Shown piece after piece: positions 11,681 through 21,548 of a stretch of 64,000 nucleotides of DNA. The stretch covers positions 30,063 to 94,062 of the IMG/VR virus record IMGVR_UViG_3300045988_058617; one strand, given 5' to 3'. The translations under genes and the position numbers were made by a program. The notes beneath the pieces were generated by a model. It saw only the letters and a program-made list of their open reading frames with translations, made no database searches and was not told the DNA's origin. The stretch's first letter is position 1. Every line of letters begins with the position of its first letter. This DNA is from a virus.

Positions 11681-13832
11681 GTACGGGCTGTCTTCCTGAT
11701 AGCTCTTGGTCTGCTAACTCAGTCATACCTACAGCGGCTACAATATCATACTTACCCTTATTTTCATCATTATATGCAGTGAACTATTCTAGCATTTCTT
11801 CGAACCATATAGTATGGCAATAGTCTTCTATAAAGGCGGCTGTTAAATCAGTATGCTATTCGATTATAGTTTTTGTAGCAGGAGTTCCATACTATTTAGT
11901 AGTTCCATTTCTAACGTCAGTTAGAGTAGCTCTTGGGCGCTTCATAAAATAGTTAAGGCATCCTTTTTCTCTAGCCCAAGTAACCATACCCATACGAGTA
12001 GCTTCTATATTTATTTTACAATTATAATAGCGAGCTAAACACATAGCTATTTTATAGGCTTCTCTGATGTCTCCAGGTCTATCCTTGTACATAGCAACAT
12101 ACTGAGGGTCATTCATACCAAACGCACGTTTCTTAATCGTTATGCAGAAATCAGACGGGTCTCTGGTTTCCTTAGAAGTCTAATTCGCTCCAATATCAAT
12201 ACCGTCTATACCTGCTACATATAAGTCTCGCATCTCTTTATAAACTGGAACTTCAAAATCCTAGCCATTATCTTCTGCCTCCTATCTAAGCTTTTCCATT
12301 TGTTCTTTATATAAGTCAGACCATATTGGATGCTCTAGAATTTTTACTTTGCCATTCCTGTTAGGAATCCATTTAAAACCATCAATATTATCCTAAGTAT
12401 GTTTATTATTTTTGTAAAAATAATCAATATAACCACATTCGGGTCTTGGGCCAATTTGTTTAAGTCTTATATTAGCTATCTATTCGGCAACTAAAATTTT
12501 ATTAAACTTATTAACACCTTCTAGATTAAATGCTTCTTCTGCATTCCAACAACGTTCAGCGCATTTCTTTAGGTAGTCTTCTGGTACAGCTAACAGATTA
12601 TCTCGCTCCTCCTATAAGAATTTCTTATATTCCACAGTATTACATACTCCTCTGTGGTCCATAAATTCTGGATTCAAAGATTGTATAAAGTATGGAATAA
12701 AGAATCCACTCTCTATAGTAGTCCCATCCTAAGTCCAATTATGTCTAAATGGAAGAATCTTATATGCTCTTGGATTATAGTAAATCTTTTTTAAGCCCTC
12801 TAGAGGAGCACCCATATCACCGCCAGTACCTCCAAACAACATTGTTCCACGAGGCATACCTTGAACTTCACAAAGTTCTTGACCTTGTACCACAGCGGTA
12901 TCAAGTCCAGGCCAGGAACCAGCTTCATCATATATTAATAAATCTACACGGTCTCCACGAATGTTAGATGGTTTAGCTCCGTTAATTGCTACAACCTCAG
13001 ATTTAAATCCTACGTCTTCAAACTAACCATTTATTTTGATTTGTTTACCTGATTTCTTTCTCAAATCCTGGTCAATAAGTCGCAATTTAAAAAATCCTCC
13101 TCCAGTACAGGTATTTAAGAATGTAAGAGCATTGTCAAACTTACTAAAGGTACCCTTAAGGAAGGTATCATTAAAGCAAGTAATCATAACCCTACTTCTT
13201 CTAATAATAGAGTACATACGAGCAGAAAGAGAGGCGTTTATTTCAGAGAATCCAATAGAACGAGCTTTCATTAAAGCTGCGTGCTTGTGTAGCACCCTAG
13301 CCATCTATAGATAATGAAAGAACGTATAATGTGATGCAAAGAATATTGGGAAGTCATTATCAGTACCCTCACCAGAGGCTTTCTACTAGTCAATAGTAGG
13401 TAACTAATAGAAATTTAAGAAGAAGTAATTATCTCCAGTAATGGTGTATCCATTAACTGTCATTCCATACTTACATCTTCTATATTGCTCTTTCCAAAAT
13501 TCGTTGTACCGCTTACTATCTCTAAGGTAGGGACAGTATTGACCAGTTCGTTTATATACTTCCCTAGTCTCGGTAAACCAATCTGGATTAAAGTCCAATC
13601 CATGAGTTTCGTCAATAGGTCTGTATCCAGTTATTTCATAAGATAAGGTAGGGTCAAATACTTCTATTTTATCTCCTATTTTAACATCCCAATAGTCAGA
13701 ATTTCTGACCCTTTCCTCTCTTATTTTCTATACTAATTCTCTAGCTTCTTTAGCATCCTCTTTCTATTCTTTTTCTCTTACCTAATCTACAATATTCTAT
13801 ATTTCTTCAGGTAATATCTTTTTTCTTGGCAT
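11616..13832 (-). CDS. terL: Terminase large subunit, about 738 aa, with many in-frame TAG codons (amber-recoded).
   Basis: Frame-0 ORFs 11892–12116, 13023–13304 and 13404–13598 are joined only by TAGs. Manual translation gives MPRKKILPEEI(Q)NIVD… from ATG 13832–13830, and a Walker-B/catalytic motif …RVDLLIYDEAGSWPGLD… near 12930. The frame terminates at TAA 11616–11618. Confidence 0.8.
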
Positions 13833-14432
13833 AATTAAAAGTCTCCTGGGTCAAAACCATCCACAGCTCCAGCTCTAACAGTAGATTGTTCAGTAAGTTC
13901 TTTCTTAACCTAGTCTTCTAGTGTTATGAGTTCTTCATGAACTTTGTGAAGGGTAGCCATTTCCTTCATTACTTTTTCAGCCTGGAATACTGGCTTGCCG
14001 TTATTATCACGCTCATTTAAATCTACAATAGTTTCGAAATAATCAATAAACTAGTCTGCAGCTCTTTTAGCTGCTTCCAGTAATTTTATTGACTTGTTTG
14101 AATCTTGTAACGCTCTGTACTTCCTACAGGCTTCTCTAAATATAGGGTCGTTAAATTCCGACTCTGTCAATCCAGAATCACTAATAGCTTCGTCATGTCG
14201 TTCATGTTCCGAATACTAACTGTACGGACTTTTCCAGTCTATAGCTAAATAAATGTAAGATAGTTCTCTAGTAGCTCTATCCTTTTCTGCAGATTTATCC
14301 CTCTAGATTAAAGCCTTAAATTCCTTAACTAGCAATATCTCTGGTTCATTTATTTCTAGCTATTTAGTTAAAGTGTTATAGTTAAATACATTCATAATCA
14401 TTAATCATTATCATACACATTAGATAATCTTA

Positions 14433-14567
14433 TTATTTCTTTTTCATTTTGGAACCGCACTTATTGACTTTCATTTTTGAGCCACAAGCGTCTTTCTTAG
14501 CATATTGTTTTCTGTCAGGAACCCATTTTCCTCCCTGGAAATTACCCTTATGTCCTTTATTGGCCAT
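14433..14567 (-). CDS. Small, very basic protein (about 44 aa, MANKGHKGNFQGGKWVPDRKQYAKKDACGSKMKVNKCGSKMKKK).
   Basis: Manual translation, below the ORF-track size cut-off. Its function is unknown. Confidence 0.3.
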   Translation of the reverse strand: MANKGHKGNFQGGKWVPDRKQYAKKDACGSKMKVNKCGSKMKKK

Positions 14568-14648
14568 AGTTTCCTAATCATTGTATTTATTGATTGATAT
14601 AGAATCTCTTGAGGCTTCGTCTCTAGCAGATTTCATATCTTTCTTATA

Positions 14649-15914
14649 CTAAGCTCTTCCTGCCTTAAATTTATCAACTTCATTAGCTTTCTTAGTAACT
14701 TTAGTTCCTTTTTGTGCTTTCTGGCAAGCTTTACAGATTCTACCGCCTTGCTTAAAATATACAAGCTCTTCTCCTTCTGGACATACTCCTTTTAGCTTCT
14801 TATAATACTCAAGCTTAGCTCCAAGCCTAGCCATTACTCCTCCTTGCATTTTCTGCATAAATTCCTGATACTTAGCTTTAATGCCGTCTTCACCTAATTG
14901 TTCAGCATAAGCTTGTAAATCCTGTTCAGACTATATCTGAACTCCCTATGACTGCGCATCCTATATTAAATATGCCACAAACGCTTTTTGTAATTCTTGT
15001 TGATTATTCATTGTTCCTCCTTGTTGAAATTTAGTTGTAGGTCCCGGAGATAATGTTAATGGTTCAGCTTCTGATTTTCTAGAATTCCATACATCTCCAA
15101 GATAATTAAATAATCTCAACCTCCTATGTATCCCAAAATCTCCTCCTTGTACTGTATTTCCCATAGTATATCTACTAGTGGCCTGTACAGGATTTACTTT
15201 AGGCTTACTTGAAGGCTACTCGGCTCTTGTCTATTCACTAGCTGGCTAACGGCCTCCTGTAATAGTTGGTATTCCTCTACCCCAAGTAGTTCCTTTTGTT
15301 GTAGCAATTAGGTCTGGAGATTCTATACTAATCTAAGTACCTAACTAAGGAATCTGAATGGCAGAAGGTTGTTTAGGCTTACTTGAAGGCTACTCGGCTC
15401 TTGTCTATTCACTAGCTGGCTAACGGCCTCCTGTAATAGTTGGTATTCCTCTACCCCAAGTAGTTCCTTTTGTTGTAGCAATTAGGTCTGGAGATTCTAT
15501 ACTAATCTAAGTACCTAACTAAGGAATCTGAATGGCAGAAGGTTGTTTAGGCTTACTTGAAGGCTGTCCTAAGTCTGTAGTATATACAGAATTTCCCCAC
15601 ATAAACTGTTTTAGTCCTCTCTCTCTAGCAGCCCTAAAAGCTGTCTTAAAATCTTTAACACCTCTTAAATCATCCTAAGCTATTTCAGCAGTAGGAAGAG
15701 GTTCTAATCTTGTGGGTAATGAAGGCATTTCTGGAGCATCAAAATATGTCTCTTGTAACTTAGGCATTTTCTATTGTGCGGTTCTTCTAATAATGTCTGG
15801 ATTAGTTGCCCAAGTCTAATGCAACTACCTCAAGGTTCTCTCATCTAAGTCCGCATCTCCGTAAATAATTTTGATATTACGCATCAATTCAGGGTCAAAC
15901 TACACTTTAGCCAT
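14649..15914 (-). CDS. Late protein (recoded) containing a tandemly duplicated 58-aa P/T/Q/S-rich segment. The 3' boundary is uncertain.
   Basis: ATG at 15914–15912 (MAKV(Q)FDPELMRNIK…). The frame-0 ORFs 14961–15164 and 14649–14858 continue the same frame across TAGs. The gene carries the 174-bp repeat. Confidence 0.45.
15201..15566. repeat. Perfect 174-bp tandem direct repeat: 2 full copies plus an 18-bp third copy, in-frame within a late gene.
   Basis: Units 15201–15374 and 15375–15548 are identical. 15549–15566 restarts the unit and then diverges. 174 nt is 58 codons. Confidence 0.85.
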
Positions 15915-15916
15915 TA

Positions 15917-16069
15917 CTCTTCTACTTTAATTAAATCCTTAGTATTAAACACTGCTTCCTACATAAGTCCGGAATCAGTAAACCATCTACATCTTAATCC
16001 TCGTAATCCTTGGTTATCTTTAAATAAAGCTGCTTCTCTTCTTAGAACAAGCATAACTGGAGAGTGCAT
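15917..16069 (-). CDS. Small hypothetical protein (about 50 aa) with one in-frame TAG.
   Basis: Manual translation: MHSPVMLVLRREAALFKDNQGLRG…. Confidence 0.25.
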
Positions 16070-16124
16070 TACTTTACACTACCGTAAAGTAACACAATCC
16101 CCAGGCTTAAAATAAACTTTTTCA

Positions 16125-16742
16125 TCAATTGTTTCCATGCTTCAATTCGTCTCTTCTTTCAGTTAGTTTCTCATTAACTACAGCCATGATTCTATTCTCA
16201 TTAACTACTACAAATCCTAGTTTATAGAATGGAACCATACATTCGCTAGCTATTGTATAAAATACAATATCTCCAGGCTTCAAGAACTCACACTTGTGTC
16301 CTACTTCTATCACAGTTCCTACTTTAATAAATTGTTGTTCTTCTTCAATTTCTCCAGTCTCATTAGATTTATAAGTAGGAGTAAATCCACCTAAATCAGT
16401 AATAAGACCACTTTTAGTAGTTTTTATTTTTTGGAATGGGTTTCGTTCAAAAGGTTTAATTAATGCATACCCATACATCGGCATAATTTCAAGTCCATTC
16501 ATATCGTTAGATAATGACTTAGCGTAATCCTCTAGTGCCTGATTATGTTTGGAGAATTTATCCTCTAACTCATCTACTGCGGTATTAAACTTCTCTTGTT
16601 TTTCTCTTAATAATGTTTGGTCTGCAGCTTCTCCATTTAAAATAAAATGTTCTCCCGTACCTTCCATTCCAGTTAATGATAGTGCTAGTTTTTCGTTACT
16701 GTTTAATTCTGTTCTTAAAGTTTCCATAATCCATTTTACCAT
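16125..16742 (-). CDS. Hypothetical protein (205 aa). The C-terminal part has a GroES-like pattern (…LKPGDIVFY…). Standard coding, ends TGA.
   Basis: ORF track. No in-frame TAG. The stop tca→TGA at 16125 was verified. Confidence 0.55.
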   Translation of the reverse strand: MVKWIMETLRTELNSNEKLALSLTGMEGTGEHFILNGEAADQTLLREKQEKFNTAVDELEDKFSKHNQALEDYAKSLSNDMNGLEIMPMYGYALIKPFERNPFQKIKTTKSGLITDLGGFTPTYKSNETGEIEEEQQFIKVGTVIEVGHKCEFLKPGDIVFYTIASECMVPFYKLGFVVVNENRIMAVVNEKLTERRDELKHGNN

Positions 16743-16930
16743 TTACATAAATCACAATGTTCATCTTCAATTCTTGTTTTATTCTCTAATATACAACCAC
16801 ATTCATCGCACACTTCCCCAACAGATGTTTGTAATTTATGGGAACAAGCGTCACAAATTTTTAATCTTTTGGTTGCCAAATCTTGATTTATTCCGAATAT
16901 ATTGAAATATATACTTTTCAATATTGTCAA
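16736..16930 (-). CDS. Small Cys-rich zinc-ribbon protein; a paralogue of 17059–17274.
   Basis: ORF track. It has CxxC…CxxC and ends …HCDLCKW, which parallels …HCPAGKW in the neighbour. Confidence 0.5.
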   Translation of the reverse strand: MTILKSIYFNIFGINQDLATKRLKICDACSHKLQTSVGEVCDECGCILENKTRIEDEHCDLCKW

Positions 16931-17058
16931 AGGTTTAGTAAATATTGCTTTAATCCACTTCCATATTATATCTTTTTCCTACTTTGTTTCCCTATTTATA
17001 TTTTGGACAGTAAGTATATAATGCTTATCTAGTTTATATAATATAGGAGTTCCATAAA

Positions 17059-17274
17059 TTACCATTTCCCTGCTGGACAATGTTTCTTTTCGTTTGGAAT
17101 CTTCTTCTCTAGTAAACATCCACATCCCTTTATATACCCTTCTTTAGGGCTTATACTTATATCATTATTCTTTGGATTTAGATACAAATGCCCATTACAT
17201 AATCCATTATCTTGGTCACATATTGGACAGCGTCTACATATCTCAAATCTTTCTTCTATTTCCTCTAGTGTCAT
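17059..17274 (-). CDS. Small Cys-rich zinc-ribbon protein (paralogue).
   Basis: ORF track, with CRRCPICD…CGC…HCPAGKW. Confidence 0.5.
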   Translation of the reverse strand: MTLEEIEERFEICRRCPICDQDNGLCNGHLYLNPKNNDISISPKEGYIKGCGCLLEKKIPNEKKHCPAGKW

Positions 17275-17276
17275 AA

Positions 17277-18191
17277 TTAATATTCAATACGTTGACGTTT
17301 TCTTTTATTTTCTGCCAATATAGATTCCTTCTTATAGAAGGCTAGCATTTTTATAACCTCATCTTTTAGATATGGCAAATGATATACTGTCATATTATCA
17401 TTATGGTCGAAATGTACCAAAACCAAATCCTCTATTTCAAACTCTGGATTTTTCTTTTGAATCATCCAAGCATAAGTACTTAATTGTAAAGTATAGTGCC
17501 AGTAATTAACATCATCTAAATTATTTAGAGGATATTTCATCTTAACAGAAGTTTTAGTTTTAGAATTGAAGAAACTCTTAGTTTCTATTTTCTTATTGGT
17601 CTTCCAGTCTCCTATAATTATCTTATTTCCTCTTTTAACTAATAAGTCAATCTGTCCTGCTATTCTTAGCTTTCCATCATCCGATACTCTAGATATTAAA
17701 TACTCAGGATATACACCATTCTCTAAGTCTAATTCATTGTGGTCTTTTATACACTCGAACTTGCCACCTATTTGATATTTACTAAGGTCTATGTTCTGTT
17801 TCTTTTTATAGAAAGAGTTTTCCAAATCTGCATGGATTTTAGTTCCCCTCTCGCATGAGTTTCTATTCTCTAAATCCCAAGCATCTAAGATAGCTTGTTG
17901 CTCTTTATTAAACTCGTCTTCTGTAATGTTATGAAGTTCAAGTAGAACTTTATCAAATTTCTTAGTGTTTAACAAAGACTTTTTTTCTATAGCCCAATCT
18001 TCTTTAGGTAAGAGTTTCTCTAGTGCTTTATATGCTGACCAGAACTCCTTATCAAATGGTTGGGTGAAAGAATGAATTAAAGTCGTTACAGATATAAACT
18101 TCTGTTCTGGCTTTGTAACATCATAATAAATATGAGCTTCTTCCTCAAAAGCTATGTTCCCATTTTGTTTTGTAATTTTACTTTTGTCCAT
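17277..18191 (-). CDS. PD-(D/E)xK family nuclease (YqaJ/lambda-exonuclease/Cas4-like).
   Basis: ORF track, 304 aa. It has the motif …IAGQIDLLVKRGNKIIIGDWKTNKK…, which is typical of the D…(D/E)xK catalytic core. Confidence 0.5.
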   Translation of the reverse strand: MDKSKITKQNGNIAFEEEAHIYYDVTKPEQKFISVTTLIHSFTQPFDKEFWSAYKALEKLLPKEDWAIEKKSLLNTKKFDKVLLELHNITEDEFNKEQQAILDAWDLENRNSCERGTKIHADLENSFYKKKQNIDLSKYQIGGKFECIKDHNELDLENGVYPEYLISRVSDDGKLRIAGQIDLLVKRGNKIIIGDWKTNKKIETKSFFNSKTKTSVKMKYPLNNLDDVNYWHYTLQLSTYAWMIQKKNPEFEIEDLVLVHFDHNDNMTVYHLPYLKDEVIKMLAFYKKESILAENKRKRQRIEY

Positions 18192-18305
18192 TAGTCATAA
18201 TTCATTTAATCATTTATCACATTTATCTATATTTATTTGATACTTTTCAAGTATATTAATATTCTTTGTAAGATACAAATCAATAAATAAGACATTATAT
18301 TAAAA

Positions 18306-18647
18306 ATGTCTAATATGACAAAAATGGTAACATTTGGATGTCCAATTTTTAAAAACGGGTCAGGTATTCATATTAAAGAGAAAAACAAAGGTAAATTTAC
18401 TGCCTCTGCTAAGGCTGCAGGATAGTCTGTACAGGAACATGCTAAATCTGTACTAAACAATCCTAATGCTACTCCGCTTCAGAAGAAGCGTGCTAACTTT
18501 GCTAGAAACGCGGCTAAATGGAAACACGAAGATGGAGCTAAGATACATAAACCAAGTGGACATAGATCTATTCTAGATAATGGATGGATTCCTACTACTA
18601 GATTAAAGAAAGGAAATTATGGATTAATTAAAACAAGAAAGCAATGA
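18306..18647 (+). CDS. Hypothetical protein (113 aa) on the plus strand inside the late block, with one in-frame TAG (amber-recoded).
   Basis: Manual translation MSNMTKMVTFGCPIFK…AAG(TAG)SVQEHAKSV…KTRKQ*. The TAG is at 18423–18425 in frame. Confidence 0.45.
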
Positions 18648-18722
18648 GCGCTGTAGTTAAATTAATTAAAGAATTTATACTTAAGATATATCTTTATTTA
18701 CTATTTATATTTAATAAGTAAT

Positions 18723-18914
18723 ATGGACTATAATAGAGCAACTCTTTATGCGGCTACTGGTCGTACTTTATTACTCCCTGGCTGGAAAGGGGATTTTTAT
18801 TGGGACTATACTAAGAATGAATTAAATTTTAGAAATGGAGACTATCATTTAGATAACAAATAGCTCAAGGAGAAAGGAGTTATGGAACGTAATGATTGGT
18901 ATTATATAATATGA
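18723..18914 (+). CDS. Small hypothetical protein with one in-frame TAG.
   Basis: Manual translation MDYNRATLYAATGRTLLLPGWKGDFYWDY…. Confidence 0.35.
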
Positions 18915-19303
18915 TAATTAAAAATAATATTATACCGTTTGGAGGTTATAAAGTAATTAATCTGTTTGGATTAATATTTACTAAGTCGGATTTGACTGAT
19001 GAGGATAAGAATCACGAGAATATCCATTCAGTATAGATTTTAGAATGTGCAATAGCGTTTGCAATACTTATATCTATATTATTTGGATTAGAATGGGTAT
19101 GGTTAGCTATTCCATCTTTCTATATCTGGTATGGATTAGAGTATTTAATTATACGACTATTAAGACTTAAAGATTCTCAAAATGATTGCTACAGAGATGT
19201 AAGCTTTGAAGAAGAAGCTTATATGAATGAAGACAATTTACAGTATCTAGAAGGATAGAGAAAGATGTTTTCATGGATAAAATATCTAAAAGTTAATGCA
19301 TAA
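18911..19303 (+). CDS. Small membrane protein (two predicted TM helices) with 2 in-frame TAGs.
   Basis: Manual translation MIIKNNIIPFGGYKVINLFGLIF…. The start overlaps the previous stop (ATGA). Confidence 0.35.
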
Positions 19304-19304
19304 C

Positions 19305-19345
19305 AAAATAGGCGAACTTAGACAATTAAGTCTAGGCTCGCCTAT
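19305..19345. terminator. Putative bidirectional terminator hairpin between the convergent genes 18911–19303 (+) and 19348–19560 (−).
   Basis: An imperfect inverted repeat (ggcgaac…gctcgcc) followed by a T-run on the plus strand. Confidence 0.3.
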
Positions 19346-19347
19346 TT

Positions 19348-19560
19348 TTATTTACTATTATACGTACAAGTGATTCTGTTTGGCTCTTCCCACCAAGGTT
19401 TATCTGAAAGTGGAGTTCTGATGCTATTGGGCCAATTTATAATTGGAGTAGTTTCCTCTACTATAGCCTCCATTATTTTAAATAATGTATCCAAGTCTAG
19501 CTCTGGAAGCAGCTCATGAATATTAGTTATTGTTTTCTTATAATTTATCATACCCTTCAA
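19348..19560 (-). CDS. Hypothetical protein.
   Basis: ORF track, 70 aa. Confidence 0.4.
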   Translation of the reverse strand: MKGMINYKKTITNIHELLPELDLDTLFKIMEAIVEETTPIINWPNSIRTPLSDKPWWEEPNRITCTYNSK

Positions 19561-19906
19561 AAGTGTCGTTAATAATTGCTTTCTCTATTGTAGTATCTTT
19601 ATATAAACCATGTTGTAGTATATTTCTTACTTGATGGTCTACTTGATTCCATATATCTAATAATATAGAAGAATCATCTGAAAGACTATATTGTGGATAG
19701 CTAGCCCTTAAACTGCTAAGTACTTTGCCATTAATGTAAATGTCAAATACGAAATTTTTTATATCATCTGTAGTTTCTCCAGAAATTCCTTCAGCTCTTT
19801 GTAAAAGTTTAAGAGCCTTTTCATATACTTCCCTTTCTTCACGCTTAATTCTTGAAGAATTGAGCATCATCATATTTGCGGCTACTGACATATTAGTACG
19901 ATACAC
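19538..19906 (-). CDS. Hypothetical protein.
   Basis: ORF track, 122 aa. Confidence 0.45.
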   Translation of the reverse strand: MYRTNMSVAANMMMLNSSRIKREEREVYEKALKLLQRAEGISGETTDDIKNFVFDIYINGKVLSSLRASYPQYSLSDDSSILLDIWNQVDHQVRNILQHGLYKDTTIEKAIINDTFEGYDKL

Positions 19907-20055
19907 TTAGCTTATTTAAGTTGTCTAGATAATCTAAGAACCATTGTTCGTTTTGTTTTCCTTCTTCTACAATAGTATTAATTAAAGATTCTGTAGCTAA
20001 TAGTGTTATTTCTGCTAGCTCCTCTAATTCCGATTTAGTAAGTTCGTTATATTTT

Positions 20056-20370
20056 TCAATCAAGTTTAACATAATCCATCCAGTCTTTTATATATGATTT
20101 ACATTCTTCCAAATCTGGATAGATACTTGTTATAGAGCATCCAGTTTTCGGATTTTTAAAGTGATGCATCTTAGTCTCTTCTTTTTTCTCCTCTTCTGTA
20201 TTTCTATTTAATGTTCTATTCCAATAGTTGTACTTTTCATCTAACATTTCCATATCACATTCCTCTAATATTTTCATATTAGGGTTATTCATTATCTTGT
20301 CGTATTTTCTCTTTAAATTAGAGACTTTGACAACATCATTTCCATTTAATACAACTGCACACTGTTTCAT
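20056..20370 (-). CDS. Hypothetical protein.
   Basis: ORF track, 104 aa. Confidence 0.45.
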   Translation of the reverse strand: MKQCAVVLNGNDVVKVSNLKRKYDKIMNNPNMKILEECDMEMLDEKYNYWNRTLNRNTEEEKKEETKMHHFKNPKTGCSITSIYPDLEECKSYIKDWMDYVKLD

Positions 20371-20594
20371 TTCAATACCTTATAAGTACATATCTTGCCT
20401 ATCTGTTTTCCTTGAATTGTTATTTGCGGAAGAAAATAGCAGGCTTGATTCTCAAATTCTTGAGGTACAAAGATATAATCAAACTTACTTCCAACTACCT
20501 TCTCACAAACTTTATTCCAATCGTCTCCCTCTTCTATAATAAGAGTTTTAGCTCCTGTTGGAGTTACTACATAATTCTCATTTAATTTTATCAT
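20367..20594 (-). CDS. Hypothetical protein. The true start is probably MIKLNENYVV at about 20594; the ORF-track N-terminal extension overlaps the tRNA.
   Basis: ORF track 20367–20669, trimmed at the internal ATG. Confidence 0.45.
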   Translation of the reverse strand: MIKLNENYVVTPTGAKTLIIEEGDDWNKVCEKVVGSKFDYIFVPQEFENQACYFLPQITIQGKQIGKICTYKVLK

Positions 20595-20611
20595 AACTAT
20601 TAATTTTGGCG

Positions 20612-20683
20612 TTGCCCTACTAGGATTCGAACCCAGACTAAATGATTTAGAGTCATCTGTGCTGACCATTACACCATAGGGCA
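20612..20683 (-). tRNA. Amber-suppressor tRNA, anticodon CUA (reads UAG), with a Gln-tRNA-like scaffold.
   Basis: Manual fold: acceptor TGCCCTA/TAGGGCA, D arm GTGT-AATGGTCA-GCAC, anticodon stem GATGA/TCATT, loop CTCTAAA (U33, CUA, A37), T arm CTGGG-TTCGAAT-CCTAG. Its overall architecture is almost identical to tRNA-Gln(UUG) at 33540. Confidence 0.8.
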
Positions 20684-20821
20684 GTAACTTATTTCTCTTT
20701 TAGAGATTTATTTTCTGCTGCCAATTTCTCTAGTTCTTTTCTTAATTGTTCATTTTCGTGAAATAAAGCCTGCATAGTAGCGTTGATATTAGCTAATAGT
20801 ATTCTCATTTGAGCAACCTAT

Positions 20822-21223
20822 TCATACATAAGCTTTCAGTTGTTCAATTCTCTTTTTAGCTATATCTGACAATGCCATTTTGAATTTAGCAATACCAGCT
20901 CTTACTGTTTCTAACTTGCCGCTTTCTAAGCATTCTTGTATTTTATGAACTTCAAGCTCTCCTAGATATTCGCATACATCTATAAATAAATCATCATCTA
21001 GAGATTCTAAATATTTCTGGAATTGGTCTGCCTCTTCATTAGCTAGACAGCTTTCTTCCTTCTATCTTTCATAAGATATTAATAAGAACAAAGAATCGTC
21101 GGTAGATTCGGACTTAATAGTTAGCCCATTACCAGACATATAATATTCTTGATTCGTATTAATTGCCTCAACTAGCTATTTAAACTAGTCCTAATTTAAC
21201 AATGTTTCTAAGTCTGTAATCAT
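20822..21223 (-). CDS. Hypothetical protein (133 aa) with 4 in-frame TAGs, ending in TGA.
   Basis: Manual translation from ATG 21223–21221: MITDLETLLN(Q)D(Q)FK(Q)LVEAINTNQEYY…KAYV*. Confidence 0.45.
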
Positions 21224-21548
21224 AATTGTTTTCTTTTTAGTTATATACAACAATAACCTCCGAAAAGTTAAACGCAAAGTTAAAAAATTCTAATTCAAAT
21301 ATTATACATATTTTATATATTAAGGGGAAAGCCGGTACAGGTACTTTATATAAATAGCCCCCTGGGGTTATTATAAATTCCGACTTTTATATTTGGAGGG
21401 CAATTACCTAGATTCCAAAAATTCATAGAGTGAGTGTAGTGGCGGTCCACCACTACGTTAGACCCCCCCTGGGGTTCGTAGTGGAAAATAAATATCCATA
21501 TATATAATCCCTAACCATATAAGAGTAATAATTATAAATTTTATAACA
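21224..21548. promoter_or_regulatory. Divergent intergenic control region between the minus-strand recoded genes and the plus-strand early genes. It contains two copies of CCCCCTGGGG (21357–21366, 21465–21474) and an inverted repeat gtagtgg-cggtc-caccactac (21436–21456).
   Basis: About 320 nt with no ORF, flanked by divergently oriented genes. The repeats were seen directly. Promoter function is inferred. Confidence 0.35.

Noticed and set aside
15201-15566. The 174-bp tandem repeats as a possible CRISPR array or attachment-site repeats.
   Set aside because: The units are directly tandem with no spacers. They are in-frame, coding and proteinaceous when translated, and there are no cas genes.
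400-16000. Interpretation of the many short minus-strand ORFs as pseudogenes or a degraded prophage remnant.
   Set aside because: The stops are exclusively TAG and always in-frame between pieces. A matching CUA suppressor tRNA is encoded, and key proteins (TerL, the RT) are restored intact by readthrough.
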